64,000 nucleotides of DNA from positions 14,768 to 78,767 of the forward strand of contig JAFGAV010000118.1 in assembly GCA_016933515.1 (NCBI GenBank), read 5' to 3'. Position numbers and translations under genes: made by a program. The notes below the pieces were generated by a model, which worked only from the letters and a program-made list of their open reading frames with translations, did not search any database and was not told the origin of the DNA. The DNA comes from Candidatus Aminicenantes bacterium (GTDB taxonomy: Bacteria > Acidobacteriota > Aminicenantia > Aminicenantales > JAFGAV01). Positions 18,963 to 29,059 of this stretch are shown piece after piece (the stretch's first letter is position 1; every line of letters begins with the position of its first letter).

Positions 18963-19813
18963 GCGCTCCCATGCGTCCCTCGGGGTGCGGCCCGGCGCCC
19001 GTCGTCCAGTATCGGCGCGGACAGCGGATCGCGATCCATCGCCGGAGAAAACGGATCACCCTCCGCCTGAGACACGTCGTCGTTCTCGTCCTTCTCCAGG
19101 CGGCGCTCTTCACCGGGCTGCAGCGCCTGTGTCTGCGCCTCCTCGAATGGGACCACCTGCGCTTGAGCCGGGTGGAAGTGCGTCCGCGGACCGAGCCGGA
19201 ATGCTTCCGGGTGGAGAGCGAAGCGTCCCGTTACCTTTCGGCCAACCTTCTTGCCCTCGACACGGCGCTCCTGGCGGCGCGCATCAAGTCCCTGCCCTGG
19301 ATCAAGGACGCCAGGATCCGGAAATCCTTCCCTTCGACGCTTCGCATCGACATGACCGTCCGCAAGCCCATGGCCGTCCTGGACCGGGGGCCGCTTTTTC
19401 TGGTCGATGAGGAAGGCGTGCTGCTCGGGCCGGCCGATGCGGCCGCGGCGGATGCTCTGCCCGTTCTCCGGGACGAGAACTCGTTCCTCGATGATTACCC
19501 GGCCAAAATCGCATTGGCCCGGGCCTGCTTGGAAAGCCTGTCCGCCTCGGACCGCGTCCTCGTCAAAGCGCTGGACTTGGCCGACCCGGACGGTTTGAGT
19601 CTGACGTTCCGCGGCGAGCCCGTCCGGCTCCTTCTGGGACGCGACGGGTTCGAAGCCAAGGTCGCACGCTTCCGGAGACGGGCGGGCGAGTGGGCGGCTG
19701 TCTGCGGCGGCTTGGGCACGGTCGACCTCCGCCTTCCCGGCCGGGCCACTCTCAGGCCGGGAGACGGAAAAATCGGGCCGGCGGCTTCCGCCGGCCGGGA
19801 AGAGGTGATGTGA
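18959..19813 (+). CDS. ftsQ: cell division protein FtsQ (POTRA domain)
   Basis: TM VVVLVLLQAALFTGL then POTRA-like VEVRPRTEP...IKSLPWIKDARIRKSFPSTLRIDMTVRKP; position between murC and ftsA; true start may be downstream. Confidence 0.75.
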   Translation: MSAPMRPSGCGPAPVVQYRRGQRIAIHRRRKRITLRLRHVVVLVLLQAALFTGLQRLCLRLLEWDHLRLSRVEVRPRTEPECFRVESEASRYLSANLLALDTALLAARIKSLPWIKDARIRKSFPSTLRIDMTVRKPMAVLDRGPLFLVDEEGVLLGPADAAAADALPVLRDENSFLDDYPAKIALARACLESLSASDRVLVKALDLADPDGLSLTFRGEPVRLLLGRDGFEAKVARFRRRAGEWAAVCGGLGTVDLRLPGRATLRPGDGKIGPAASAGREEVM

Positions 19814-21039
19814 TGCCGAAAAACGACTACATCGTCGGCCTGGACATCGGGACCAAGAAGGTCGCGGCCGTCATCGGCGAAGTTACGGAGGACAGGAAAC
19901 TGGAGGTCATCGGCGTCGGGACGGCCGAGTCCCGGGGCCTGCGCAAGGGCGTGGTCGTCAACCTGGACTCCACGGCGGCAGCCATTCAAAAAGCCGAAGA
20001 GGAAGCCGAGCTCATGGCCGGCGTGGAAATCGATTCGGCATATGTCGGCATCTCCGGCGCACACATCAAGAGCTTCAACAGCCGCGGCGTCATCGCCGTC
20101 TCGGGACGGGACCGCCGGATCACCCGGGAGGACATCCGCCGCGCCCTCGAGCAGTCCAAGGCGGTGTCCATCCCGCCCGACCGGGACATCCTTCACGTCA
20201 TCCCCCAGGAATACATCGTCGACGAGCACGAAGGGACCAAGGAACAGCCCCTGGGCATGAGCGGCATCAAACTCGAGGTCAACGTCCACATCGTGACCTC
20301 GGCCGTGACGTCGGTCCAGAACCTGCGCGTCTGCCTGGAACGGGCGGGCGTCGGCATCGAGGGCATCGTCCTCAACCAGATCGCCGCTTCGCTGGCCACG
20401 CTGACTGAGGACGAGAAAGAACTGGGCGTCGGGCTGATCGACATCGGCGGCGGGACGACCGAAGTGGCCATCTTCGAGCGCGGCAGCCTGTGGTATACCG
20501 CGGTCATCCCCCTGGGCGGCGACAATTTCACAAACGACATCGCCGTCGGGCTGCGCACACCCATTCCCGAGGCGGAGAAGATCAAGAAGAAATTCGGCTG
20601 CATGAGCGGGCCGCTCCTCGACGACCAGGAAACGATCGAGGTCCCGGCCATCGGCCCCAGCCGCAAGCCGCGCATCCTCTCCCGGCGGCTCCTGGCCGAC
20701 ATCATTCAGCCCCGGGCCGAAGAGATCTTCCGCCTGGTGGAGAACGACATCAAGCGCATGGGCTACGAGAAATCCCTGAATTCGGGCGTCCTGCTCACGG
20801 GAGGGACGTCCATGCTGGAGGGCATAGAGGAAGTGGCCGAGGAAATCTTCGACCTTCCCGTGCGCCGCGGCGACCCCGTCGGCGTGGGCGGCCTTCTGGA
20901 CAGGGTCAGCACGCCGGATTACGCCGCCGCCGTGGGCCTGCTCCTCTACGGCGCCCAACACAGGAAGTCCGGACGGCCGATCAAGGACAAACGTCGGGGC
21001 CCTTGGACCCGATTCAAAGATTGGTTGAGAGAAGGTTGA
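19813..21039 (+). CDS. ftsA: cell division protein FtsA
   Basis: Start at ATG 19813 (1-nt overlap with ftsQ stop); [27 protein letters not shown] actin-fold motifs. Confidence 0.95.
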   Translation: MPKNDYIVGLDIGTKKVAAVIGEVTEDRKLEVIGVGTAESRGLRKGVVVNLDSTAAAIQKAEEEAELMAGVEIDSAYVGISGAHIKSFNSRGVIAVSGRDRRITREDIRRALEQSKAVSIPPDRDILHVIPQEYIVDEHEGTKEQPLGMSGIKLEVNVHIVTSAVTSVQNLRVCLERAGVGIEGIVLNQIAASLATLTEDEKELGVGLIDIGGGTTEVAIFERGSLWYTAVIPLGGDNFTNDIAVGLRTPIPEAEKIKKKFGCMSGPLLDDQETIEVPAIGPSRKPRILSRRLLADIIQPRAEEIFRLVENDIKRMGYEKSLNSGVLLTGGTSMLEGIEEVAEEIFDLPVRRGDPVGVGGLLDRVSTPDYAAAVGLLLYGAQHRKSGRPIKDKRRGPWTRFKDWLREG

Positions 21040-21052
21040 GAGGAGGAAAACC

Positions 21053-22285
21053 ATGAAAGACGACGCCGACAGCAAAATCAAATTCCATCCGGCCGAGGAG
21101 CCCGACTACGGCGCCAATATCAAAGTTTTGGGCATCGGCGGGGGAGGGAACAACGCCCTGAACCGCATGATCGAGATGGGCATCGAGGGCGTGGAGTTCA
21201 TCGCCGTCAACACCGATCTCCAGACGCTCAACCTCAACAGATCTCGGTCTAAGATCCAAATCGGGACCAAGCTGACCCGGGGCCGGGGTTCGGGAGGCCG
21301 GCCCGAAGTGGGCAAGCAGGCCGCCCTGGAAGATCAGGAGCTCCTGGTCAACACGCTCCACGGCGCGGACATGGTGTTCCTCACCGCCGGTCTGGGCGGA
21401 GGAACGGGCACGGGGGCGACTCCGGTCATCGCCCGCCTGGCGGCCGACATGGAGATGCTGGTCATCGCCGTCGTCACCCTGCCTTTCACCTGGGAGGGCC
21501 GGGTCCGGGCGCGGCAGGCCGAGGAGGGCCTTCAGGAGCTCAAGACGGTCGTCGACACGGTCATCGCCACGCCCAACGACAGGCTGCTCAAGACCTGCGA
21601 CGCGACCACCTCCTTTCAGGATGCGCTCAAGCTGGCCGACGACGTCCTCCGGCAGGGCGTCCAGGGCATTTCCGAAATCATCACCCGGCCGGGGCTCATC
21701 AACCGCGATTTCGAGGACGTCCGGTCGATCATGAAGAACATGGGCATGGCCTTCATGGGCATGGGCCAGGCGCAGGGCGAAAACCGTGTCCTGGAGGCGA
21801 CCCAAAAAGCCATCTCCTGTCCGCTTCTCGCCGACGCGTCGATCGAGGGCGCGCAGGGAGTGCTGATCAACATCACCGGCGGCCGGGATCTCATGCTCCA
21901 CGAGGTCGACAAGGCCTCTGAGCTCATCCACGGACTGGCCCACGACGAGGCCAACATCATCTTCGGCGCGGTCATCGACGAGTCGATGAAGGATACGGCG
22001 AAGGTGACGGTCATCGCCACGGGATTCACCGGCGGAAAGGCCGGCGAAAAAATCGCCCCCCTCGAGCCGCCGCCGACGGCCGTCTTCCGAAAAAAGACGC
22101 CGCCGGCCGTCCCCGTATTCGGGGAAACCTCCGTCGTCTTCTCGAACCCGAAACCGCCGGAAGGGCCGCGAACGCCCGATCCGCTCGACGACGAGAGAAA
22201 ATGGGACCACTTTGAAAAAGCCACGTTCCTCAGGAACCAGCAGCTCTTCCGAAGGCGGATGCCCACGGATTATGAGCCGAGCTGA
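21053..22285 (+). CDS. ftsZ: cell division GTPase FtsZ
   Basis: [13 protein letters not shown] and tubulin signature GGGTGTGA. Confidence 0.97.
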   Translation: MKDDADSKIKFHPAEEPDYGANIKVLGIGGGGNNALNRMIEMGIEGVEFIAVNTDLQTLNLNRSRSKIQIGTKLTRGRGSGGRPEVGKQAALEDQELLVNTLHGADMVFLTAGLGGGTGTGATPVIARLAADMEMLVIAVVTLPFTWEGRVRARQAEEGLQELKTVVDTVIATPNDRLLKTCDATTSFQDALKLADDVLRQGVQGISEIITRPGLINRDFEDVRSIMKNMGMAFMGMGQAQGENRVLEATQKAISCPLLADASIEGAQGVLINITGGRDLMLHEVDKASELIHGLAHDEANIIFGAVIDESMKDTAKVTVIATGFTGGKAGEKIAPLEPPPTAVFRKKTPPAVPVFGETSVVFSNPKPPEGPRTPDPLDDERKWDHFEKATFLRNQQLFRRRMPTDYEPS

Positions 22286-23543
22286 CCTCGTCCTGGCCGG
22301 CTGCCGGCAGCTCCTCACCTGCCGGGGCGGAGCGCCCAAGAGAAAGAACGAACTCGGGGACGTCGGCCTCGTTGAAAACGCATGGCTGGCGTCCCATCGC
22401 GGACGGATCGTTTACGCGGGGGACGAGCGCGGATTCCGCGATTCGGTCCGCCCGGTTCCCGGGGCCGAAACCGTCGACTGCCGGGAATTCGTCGTCCTTC
22501 CGGGCTTCGTCGACTGCCACACCCACCTCCCCTTCGCCGGGTCGCGGGCCGAGGAATTCCTTCTCCGCCTTCAAGGCTGGACCTACGCGCAACTGGCCGA
22601 GCGCGGTCTGGGCATTCTGACGACGGTCGCCGCCACGCGCGCCGCCGGGGAGGAGGAGATTCTCCGCCTCTGCCTGGAGCGCCTGGACCACATGCTTCTC
22701 AACGGCGCGACGACGGTCGAAGCCAAGAGCGGCTACGGGCTCAGTCTCAAGGACGAGATCAAGCAGCTCGAAATTCTGAAAAAAGCCGCGGGCCTTCACC
22801 CCGTCGACATCGTCCCGACCTTCATGGGCGCCCACGAAGTTCCTCCCGAATACAGAGACCGCCGCGGCGAATACATCGCCCTCCTCCTCGACGCGATCCT
22901 CCCCGAGGTTCGCTCCCGGGGCCTTGCCGAATTCTTCGACGTCTTCTGCGAAGAGGGCGTGTTTTCCGCCGAGGAGACGCGGCGGATGGTCCGGGCGGCC
23001 AAAGCGGCGGGGCTGCAGGTCAAAATCCACGCCGACGAATTCACCGACCTCGGCGGCGCCGCACTGGCCGCCGAGGAAGGCGCCCGCTCGGCCGAGCACC
23101 TCCTAGCCGTGTCTGAAGAAGGCGTGCGAAAGCTCGCCTCGAGCGCAACGGCGGCCGTGCTCCTGCCCGGCGTTCCGTTTTTTTTGAGACTGGACCGGCG
23201 CGCGCCCGCCCGCGCCCTGATCGACAGCGGGGCGGTCGTGGCCCTGGCTTCGGACTTCAATCCCGGAAGCTCCATGGTCTCGTCCATGCTCTTCGTCTTC
23301 CAGCTTGGCGTGTTCACCCTGGGCATGAACGTCGAAGAGGCTCTGAACGCTTCGACGGCGAACGCCGCCTATGCCGCCGGACGCGAGGCCCGGGCGGGGC
23401 GGCTCGAGCCGGGCTTGCAGGCCGACGCCCTCCTGTGCGACATCCCCCACTACGCCCACCTGGCCTACGATCTCAACCGCCATCCCATCCGCCATGTGAT
23501 CAAGAACGGCGCCTTTGTCGTCCGCGACCGCCGGCGGGTGTGA
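22272..23543 (+). CDS. hutI: imidazolonepropionase (amidohydrolase superfamily)
   Basis: Start at ATG 22272 (14-nt overlap with ftsZ); [42 protein letters not shown] pattern typical of HutI. Confidence 0.85.
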   Translation: MSRADLVLAGCRQLLTCRGGAPKRKNELGDVGLVENAWLASHRGRIVYAGDERGFRDSVRPVPGAETVDCREFVVLPGFVDCHTHLPFAGSRAEEFLLRLQGWTYAQLAERGLGILTTVAATRAAGEEEILRLCLERLDHMLLNGATTVEAKSGYGLSLKDEIKQLEILKKAAGLHPVDIVPTFMGAHEVPPEYRDRRGEYIALLLDAILPEVRSRGLAEFFDVFCEEGVFSAEETRRMVRAAKAAGLQVKIHADEFTDLGGAALAAEEGARSAEHLLAVSEEGVRKLASSATAAVLLPGVPFFLRLDRRAPARALIDSGAVVALASDFNPGSSMVSSMLFVFQLGVFTLGMNVEEALNASTANAAYAAGREARAGRLEPGLQADALLCDIPHYAHLAYDLNRHPIRHVIKNGAFVVRDRRRV

Positions 23544-23544
23544 C

Positions 23545-24693
23545 ATGGGGGCCGCCGGCCGAAGCTTCCAGATTTTCGTCAAGCCGGTGGGATCAGCCTG
23601 CAATCTGGCCTGCCGCTACTGCTATTCCGTCGAGAAAACAATCCCCGTTTCGCAGGCCAAGACGGGACGCATGTCCGACAACCTGCTCGAGGAATACATC
23701 GTCCGCCACATCAGCGCCTCGCCCGACGAGATCATTCGCTTTTCCTGGCACGGCGGCGAGCCGACGCTTGCGGGCGTCGATTTTTTCCGGAAGGCCGTGG
23801 AGATCGAGCGCCGGAACCGGCCTCCGGGACGGCGGATCGTCAACGGGATGCAGACGAACGGCACTCTTATCGACGAGGAGTGGGGAGCCTTTCTGGCCGA
23901 GGCGGAATTCTCGGTCGGCCTCAGTCTTGACGGCCCGGAAGACATCCACGACGCCTGCCGCCGCGCCCGGGACGGACGGCCGTCGTTCCGAGAGGCGATG
24001 CACGGCTATGAGATTCTTCGCCGCCATGGAGTGCCCGTCGATATCCTGACCGTGATCGGCGCGCACAACGTCCGCCGACCGACCGAGGTGTACGGCTTCT
24101 TAAAAAGCATCAGCGCCTCCTTCATGAGCTTTCTCCCTCTGGTCGAACGTTCGGCCGGTTCGCCTTCGGGCGTCGACAGCCTCACGGTCCCCGCCGACGC
24201 CTGGGGGGAATTCCTCTGCGCCGTCTTCGACGAATGGCTGGCCGGGGACATCGGCCGGGTGAAAATCCAGATTTTCGAAGAAGCGGTCAGGACGGCCTTC
24301 GGGCTTGAGCACTCTCTCTGCATCTTCCGGCCGGAATGCGGGGACATTCCGGCCGTCGAGCGCAACGGAGATGTCTACTCCTGCGATCACTTTATGAATG
24401 AGGAGCATCGCCTGGGCAACATTCTTGTGACGCCGCTCGCAGAGCTGATCGACGGCCCGGCACAGCGGACTTTCGGCCGGGCGAAGCTCGAGAGGCTCCC
24501 CCGGCCCTGTCGGACCTGCGAAGTCAGAGACATGTGCAACGGCGAGTGCCCCAGGAATCGGTTCGTTCCCGATCCGGCCGGAGGGCCGGATTTGAATTAC
24601 CTCTGCCCTGGATACAAGCGTTTTTTCATTCATTGCCGGCCGTTCGTCGAGGCCGTGGCCGCCGAATGGCGACGCGGCCGAGGCGAGCGATGA
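23545..24693 (+). CDS. anaerobic sulfatase-maturating-enzyme-like radical SAM/SPASM protein
   Basis: FQIFVKPVGSACNLACRYCY (CxxxCxxC) and C-terminal Cys cluster CRTCEVRDMCNGECPRN; alternative start 23515. Confidence 0.8.
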   Translation: MGAAGRSFQIFVKPVGSACNLACRYCYSVEKTIPVSQAKTGRMSDNLLEEYIVRHISASPDEIIRFSWHGGEPTLAGVDFFRKAVEIERRNRPPGRRIVNGMQTNGTLIDEEWGAFLAEAEFSVGLSLDGPEDIHDACRRARDGRPSFREAMHGYEILRRHGVPVDILTVIGAHNVRRPTEVYGFLKSISASFMSFLPLVERSAGSPSGVDSLTVPADAWGEFLCAVFDEWLAGDIGRVKIQIFEEAVRTAFGLEHSLCIFRPECGDIPAVERNGDVYSCDHFMNEEHRLGNILVTPLAELIDGPAQRTFGRAKLERLPRPCRTCEVRDMCNGECPRNRFVPDPAGGPDLNYLCPGYKRFFIHCRPFVEAVAAEWRRGRGER

Positions 24694-24726
24694 AATCCGC
24701 TCCGGGTAAAAGAGCGAGCCTCGTCT

Positions 24727-25584
24727 TCAGGCTTTAAGTTTTTTTCGGAGAAACAGGACCGTCCGCCGCCAGGCCAGCTCGGCGGCCTCCTTGTTGTATC
24801 GTTGGCCGGTGTCGTTGAAAAAGGCGTGCTTCGTCCCCTCGTAGATGTGGATCTCATGCTCCACGTTCGCCTTCTCGAGCGCCTTTTTGAAGTCCGGGAT
24901 GCCGGCATTGATGCGCGGGTCGTCGCCGGCGTAGTGAATGAGCATGGCGGCCTTGATCTTGGGGACATCTTCAGCCGGCGGCTGCGACCCGTAAAAGGGA
25001 ACGGCGGCATCGAGATGGGGCGCGTTGACCGCCACATGATTGGTCACTCCGCCGCCCCAGCAGAAGCCCATGCACGCGACCTTGCCTGTCGTTTGCGGGT
25101 TCGTCTTGAGATAGGCGACGGCGGCGACGAAATTCTTCATGTTCGTCCGGCGGTCGAGTTTCTGGAAGAGCGGCCGAGCCTCGTCCGGATTCCCGGGCGT
25201 CCCCCCCAGGGGCGAAAGGGCGTCGGGAGCGACGGCGACGTAGCCCTCGAGGGCGACACGCCGGGCGACATCCTTTATGTGGGGGACAAGCCCTCTGTTT
25301 TCATGGATGACGATCACTCCCGGTTGCCTGCCGTCTCCCCGGGGACGGGCACGGTAGGCTCTCATTTCGCCGCTTTCAGCGGGATAAACGATGGTGTCCG
25401 TTTCAAGGCGGGAGTCGTTTTCGGGGATGAGCTGCGCCGCCTTTCCTTCCGCCTCAAGCCGGGGAAGAAGCGCGGAGGCCGCGGCCGTCCCGCCCATCAG
25501 GACGGCCAGGCGTCTTAGGAATTCCCGGCGGTCGAGCAAACCGCGTCGGTAGTCCTCGAAAATCCCCCTAATCTTGAAATCCAT
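24727..25584 (-). CDS. dienelactone hydrolase family protein, Tat-exported
   Basis: Twin-arginine signal DRREFLRRLAVLMGGTAAASA; nucleophile elbow GFCWGG; DLH-like length. Confidence 0.85.
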   Translation of the reverse strand: MDFKIRGIFEDYRRGLLDRREFLRRLAVLMGGTAAASALLPRLEAEGKAAQLIPENDSRLETDTIVYPAESGEMRAYRARPRGDGRQPGVIVIHENRGLVPHIKDVARRVALEGYVAVAPDALSPLGGTPGNPDEARPLFQKLDRRTNMKNFVAAVAYLKTNPQTTGKVACMGFCWGGGVTNHVAVNAPHLDAAVPFYGSQPPAEDVPKIKAAMLIHYAGDDPRINAGIPDFKKALEKANVEHEIHIYEGTKHAFFNDTGQRYNKEAAELAWRRTVLFLRKKLKA

Positions 25585-25809
25585 GGCTCCACCTCCTCAT
25601 GTCTCAAATGTCTCTCCTCCGGCTCCGGGAGTTCGGCGCCTCGGGGGGAGCGGCCCGCATCGACCCCCCCGGAACGATCGGAAGAAAAACGATAAACACC
25701 GTCGCCTCCTTAAAAAATGAAAATCCGCCCGCTCATGAAATCCGAAAAGAGTTTCCCCGCATGCGAAGACAAGAATAATTCGCCGACACGGTCATGTCAA
25801 CCTCCGCGT

Positions 25810-25891
25810 GGCTCCATGACGTTTTGGGTGGTCTTTTAGCTTGAGCATTGGGCCTCAGACCAGAATTCACCACACAATGCGTCACAGAGCC
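25810..25891 (+). repeat. 82-nt imperfect-palindrome intergenic repeat, copy A
   Basis: 70/82 identical, ungapped, to 36653-36734; termini GGCTCCATGACG / CGTCACAGAGCC are inverted; 19-nt invariant core TGAGCATTGGGCCTCAGAC. Confidence 0.8.
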
Positions 25892-26047
25892 CCGCCGCGT
25901 GTTCCGGACGACTCGTCTATGATAAAATGCCGCGTTAAAAGAGGTGTAGCCGCAATGATCAGAGACCGCATCCTTGGTCGGGAGTTGTGGAATCCAGGGA
26001 TCCTCGTCGGACGCCGCGACCGGCGGAACCGCGGCTTCGGGCTCCAA

Positions 26048-27874
26048 ATGTTCGCCGTGCTCGGGGTTGTCCTTTTTCTCCTCCCCGCCGCCGTCCGGGG
26101 AAAGGACTATCATTTCCCCGAGGTTAGGATCTCGCTCCGCGTCGACCGCGACGGCTCGTTTTCGGTCGAAGAGAGACGGACGTTCGCCTTCAGCGGCTCC
26201 TTCAGCTGGGCGGAGCTTTTCATCCCTCTGCGAATCGAGCGGGGCGGCCGCAGATACGACCTGCGCATCGAGAACTTCTCGGTCGGGGACGAAAGCGGCC
26301 GGCCCCTGCGGTTTGAATCCGGGCGGAGCGGCGGGCGGTTCGAGGCCAAATGGTTCTATGCGGCCTGCGACGAGCGGCGGACTTTCGTCGTCCGCTACCG
26401 CGTCCGGGGCGGCGTGCGAAGCTCCTCCGAGATCAGCGAGCTTTACTGGCAGGCTGTCGGCGACGGCTGGAGCAAACCCACGGAGCGCGTGGAGGTGACG
26501 GTCATCCTGCCCGAGCCGTTGGCCGAGGCTTCGGACATGCTCGTCTACGGCCACGGCCCTCTCTCGGGACAATCCGAAATCGTCGACCGGCGGACAGCCC
26601 GCTTCACGGCCGCCGATCTCGCGCCCTATCAGTTCCTCGAAATCCGTGTCGCCTGGCCGGCGGGCTTGGTCGCCGGAGTGCCCGAGACCGGCCTGACCAG
26701 GGAATCCCTCCGGGCCGAAGAAGCCCGTTTCGTCCAGGAAACAATCGTCAAGGGAGAGCGGGCCCGGGCCGCGACTGCGCGGAGGAAAGCGACACTGCGC
26801 CGCTGGCTCGTCGTCTGGCTGGCCTGGCTTGTCGTCGGCCCCCTCCTGTTCCTGGCTTTTTACATCCCTCAGTGGAAGCGGAAAGGCAAAGATTACGCCT
26901 TTCCGGGGACGGGTGATTACATCCGCGAACCTCCCTCCCACCTGGCTCCCGCCCTGGTCGAGCACCTCCGAAAGGAAGGCCTGACGACGACGCCCCGGGC
27001 ATTCACGGCCACGATCTTCGACCTCGCCCGGCGGGGGTTCCTTCAGATCGAGGACCGGACGGCGCTGAAAGAGGGATTTTTCGGGTCCAAGGAAAAGACC
27101 GAATCGGTTTTGACCTTGAAAAGTCTCGAAGGAAAGAACGAGACCGGACGCCCCGGCGCGCTCCGGCCTTTTGAAGCGGACGTTCTCAATCTTCTTTTCA
27201 TCCAGGCCGGCGGCGGTTCCGGGAGCCCCGGAGACGCCTTGACGATCGAAGAACTCAAGTCCTGGCTCAAGCGCCGTCCGACCGTCTTTCAAAAGTGGTT
27301 CCGCACTTGGTCGAAATCCGTCAAGGCCGAGGGAAAAGCCCTGGGCTTCGTCGAGCCGGAATCCGTGCGGCTGAGAAACGTCTTCCTCTCCGTCTTTCTG
27401 CCTCTCGGCCTGCTGACCGCCAACATCCCCCTGTTCGTGCTGTCCGCCGTCCTGGCGCCGAAACTCCTCCGTCGGGCCCTTCCGTGGGCCGAGGAAAACG
27501 AGAAATGGGAAGGCCTGGAACGGTTTTTGCGTGATTTCGGCGAGTTTAAAGATCTTCCCCCCCAGGCCTACATTCTCTGGGAGAGTTATTTGGTTTTCGG
27601 TATCCTCTTCGGCCGGGCTAAGAAGATCATCCAAGCCCTGCCCGTCGTTCTCCGGGATTCGCGCGCTTCCGCGCCTTCGTGGTATCACGCCGGCGCCGCA
27701 GGCGGCGTCCACGGCCTGGGCGGCCTGTCCTCTCTCGCCCACTCCATCCGGTCGGCGGCGACGTCCATCGAGCGGGCCAGCTCCTCGGCCGCCCATTACT
27801 CGTCCGGAAGCGGGGGCGGATTCAGCGGCGGCGGAGGAGGAGGCGGGGGAGGAGGGGGCGGCGGCGCAGGATGA
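26048..27874 (+). CDS. DUF2207-like membrane protein with poly-glycine tail
   Basis: Start taken at ATG 26048 (signal-like MFAVLGVVLFLLPAAV). ORF-track TTG start 25841 lies inside repeat A. Central TM helices; C-terminal SSGSGGGFSGGGGGGGGGGGGGAG typical of DUF2207. Confidence 0.7.
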   Translation: MFAVLGVVLFLLPAAVRGKDYHFPEVRISLRVDRDGSFSVEERRTFAFSGSFSWAELFIPLRIERGGRRYDLRIENFSVGDESGRPLRFESGRSGGRFEAKWFYAACDERRTFVVRYRVRGGVRSSSEISELYWQAVGDGWSKPTERVEVTVILPEPLAEASDMLVYGHGPLSGQSEIVDRRTARFTAADLAPYQFLEIRVAWPAGLVAGVPETGLTRESLRAEEARFVQETIVKGERARAATARRKATLRRWLVVWLAWLVVGPLLFLAFYIPQWKRKGKDYAFPGTGDYIREPPSHLAPALVEHLRKEGLTTTPRAFTATIFDLARRGFLQIEDRTALKEGFFGSKEKTESVLTLKSLEGKNETGRPGALRPFEADVLNLLFIQAGGGSGSPGDALTIEELKSWLKRRPTVFQKWFRTWSKSVKAEGKALGFVEPESVRLRNVFLSVFLPLGLLTANIPLFVLSAVLAPKLLRRALPWAEENEKWEGLERFLRDFGEFKDLPPQAYILWESYLVFGILFGRAKKIIQALPVVLRDSRASAPSWYHAGAAGGVHGLGGLSSLAHSIRSAATSIERASSSAAHYSSGSGGGFSGGGGGGGGGGGGGAG

Positions 27875-27988
27875 GGATGAGCGGCGGCCGTCCGGATCTC
27901 CCGGAAGACGGCCTGAGGCGGCGCGGGCCTTTCCGCGGGACCGGTTCCTCTTCAGACGATCGATGATCCGGCTCCGGGCGGCGGGATT

Positions 27989-29023
27989 TCAAGCCGGAAA
28001 CTTCACGACAAAAGCGGCCAGGAGCACATAGAGAAGATAGAGCCCCAGGAGGACCGCCCCCTTGGGCCGGGTGAGCGAATAGCGACGGCGCAGCATGACC
28101 AGCATGGCGCCGACGATGACGAACATCACCGGAAACATGAACAGGATCTCTCTCCTTCCGAGGACAAGAGGATTGGCCGCCGCGGAGGCTCCCGCGACCC
28201 AGCAGATGTTCATGATGTCGGCGCCGATGATGTTGCCCACGGCGATGGCCCCCTGATTTTTTCGGGCGGCGACGACGCAGGTCGCGACCTCGGGAACGGA
28301 TGTCCCGAAGGCCACTATGGTCAGGGCGATGATCGTTTCCGGCACGCGGAGGCTGTGGGCGATCCTCACCGCAGAGACGACGACGAACTTGCTGGCGGCG
28401 ATGATCCCGAAGAGGCTGACGCCGAAGAACAGGGCGACACGGAACAGGGGGTTCTCCCCGGCGATCGCCGGGCTCTCGATCTCGACGCTCCTCAATTTTC
28501 CCCGCTTGTGAAGGGAAAATAAGAACGCCAGATAGCCGATGAACAAACCGACGAGGATCGCCCCCTCGTGCCGGTCGAGCGTGGAATCGAAGATCACAAA
28601 AATGAAGGTCAGGATTTCGACGAACAGCAGAAAGAGGCCCGATGTTTTCAGCAGGCGCGGCATGACCAGGATCGGAGCGGCGGACATCAGCCCCGCCAGC
28701 GCGAGCGCCAGACCGTCGTCGCAAATCACGGAGCCGATGGCGTTTCCGAGCGCCATTTCCGGATTGCCGGTCGTGGCCGACATGAGAGAAACGGACAGCT
28801 CGGGCGCCGTCGTAGCCAGGGAAACGAGAACGAGACCGACGACGAGCTTCGGAATTTTGAACTTCTCCGCTACCCGCACGGAAGAATCGACAAAGACTCC
28901 GGCGGATCTTGAGAGGACGAAGAGGGCGGCGACGAGCGCCGTCCAGGCCAGAAGGGTGTTGCCTTCAACGGATTTCACGAGGGCGCCGTACCAGGAAAGA
29001 ATGTCCATGGAGGCCGGAAGCAT
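27989..29023 (-). CDS. Ca2+/cation antiporter (CaCA, YrbG-type)
   Basis: Polytopic; two alpha-repeat motifs GNAIGSVICD and GNIIGADIMN. Confidence 0.85.
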   Translation of the reverse strand: MLPASMDILSWYGALVKSVEGNTLLAWTALVAALFVLSRSAGVFVDSSVRVAEKFKIPKLVVGLVLVSLATTAPELSVSLMSATTGNPEMALGNAIGSVICDDGLALALAGLMSAAPILVMPRLLKTSGLFLLFVEILTFIFVIFDSTLDRHEGAILVGLFIGYLAFLFSLHKRGKLRSVEIESPAIAGENPLFRVALFFGVSLFGIIAASKFVVVSAVRIAHSLRVPETIIALTIVAFGTSVPEVATCVVAARKNQGAIAVGNIIGADIMNICWVAGASAAANPLVLGRREILFMFPVMFVIVGAMLVMLRRRYSLTRPKGAVLLGLYLLYVLLAAFVVKFPA

Positions 29024-29059
29024 AAATCAGGGCCGGAATTTCATCAAGGCCGGTCCGCG

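Noticed and set aside
19495-22339. 528-aa and 441-aa minus-strand ORFs antisense to ftsA and ftsZ
   Set aside because: The sense-strand genes are certain. The antisense products are low-complexity with no SD or start context.
25733-27796. 687-aa minus-strand ORF antisense to the DUF2207 gene
   Set aside because: Its composition is biased (R/G/P/E). The sense strand has a signal peptide, TM helices and the family-typical poly-Gly tail.
27820-27871. G-rich run considered as a tandem repeat or G-quadruplex element
   Set aside because: It is in frame and encodes the poly-Gly tail typical of DUF2207 proteins.
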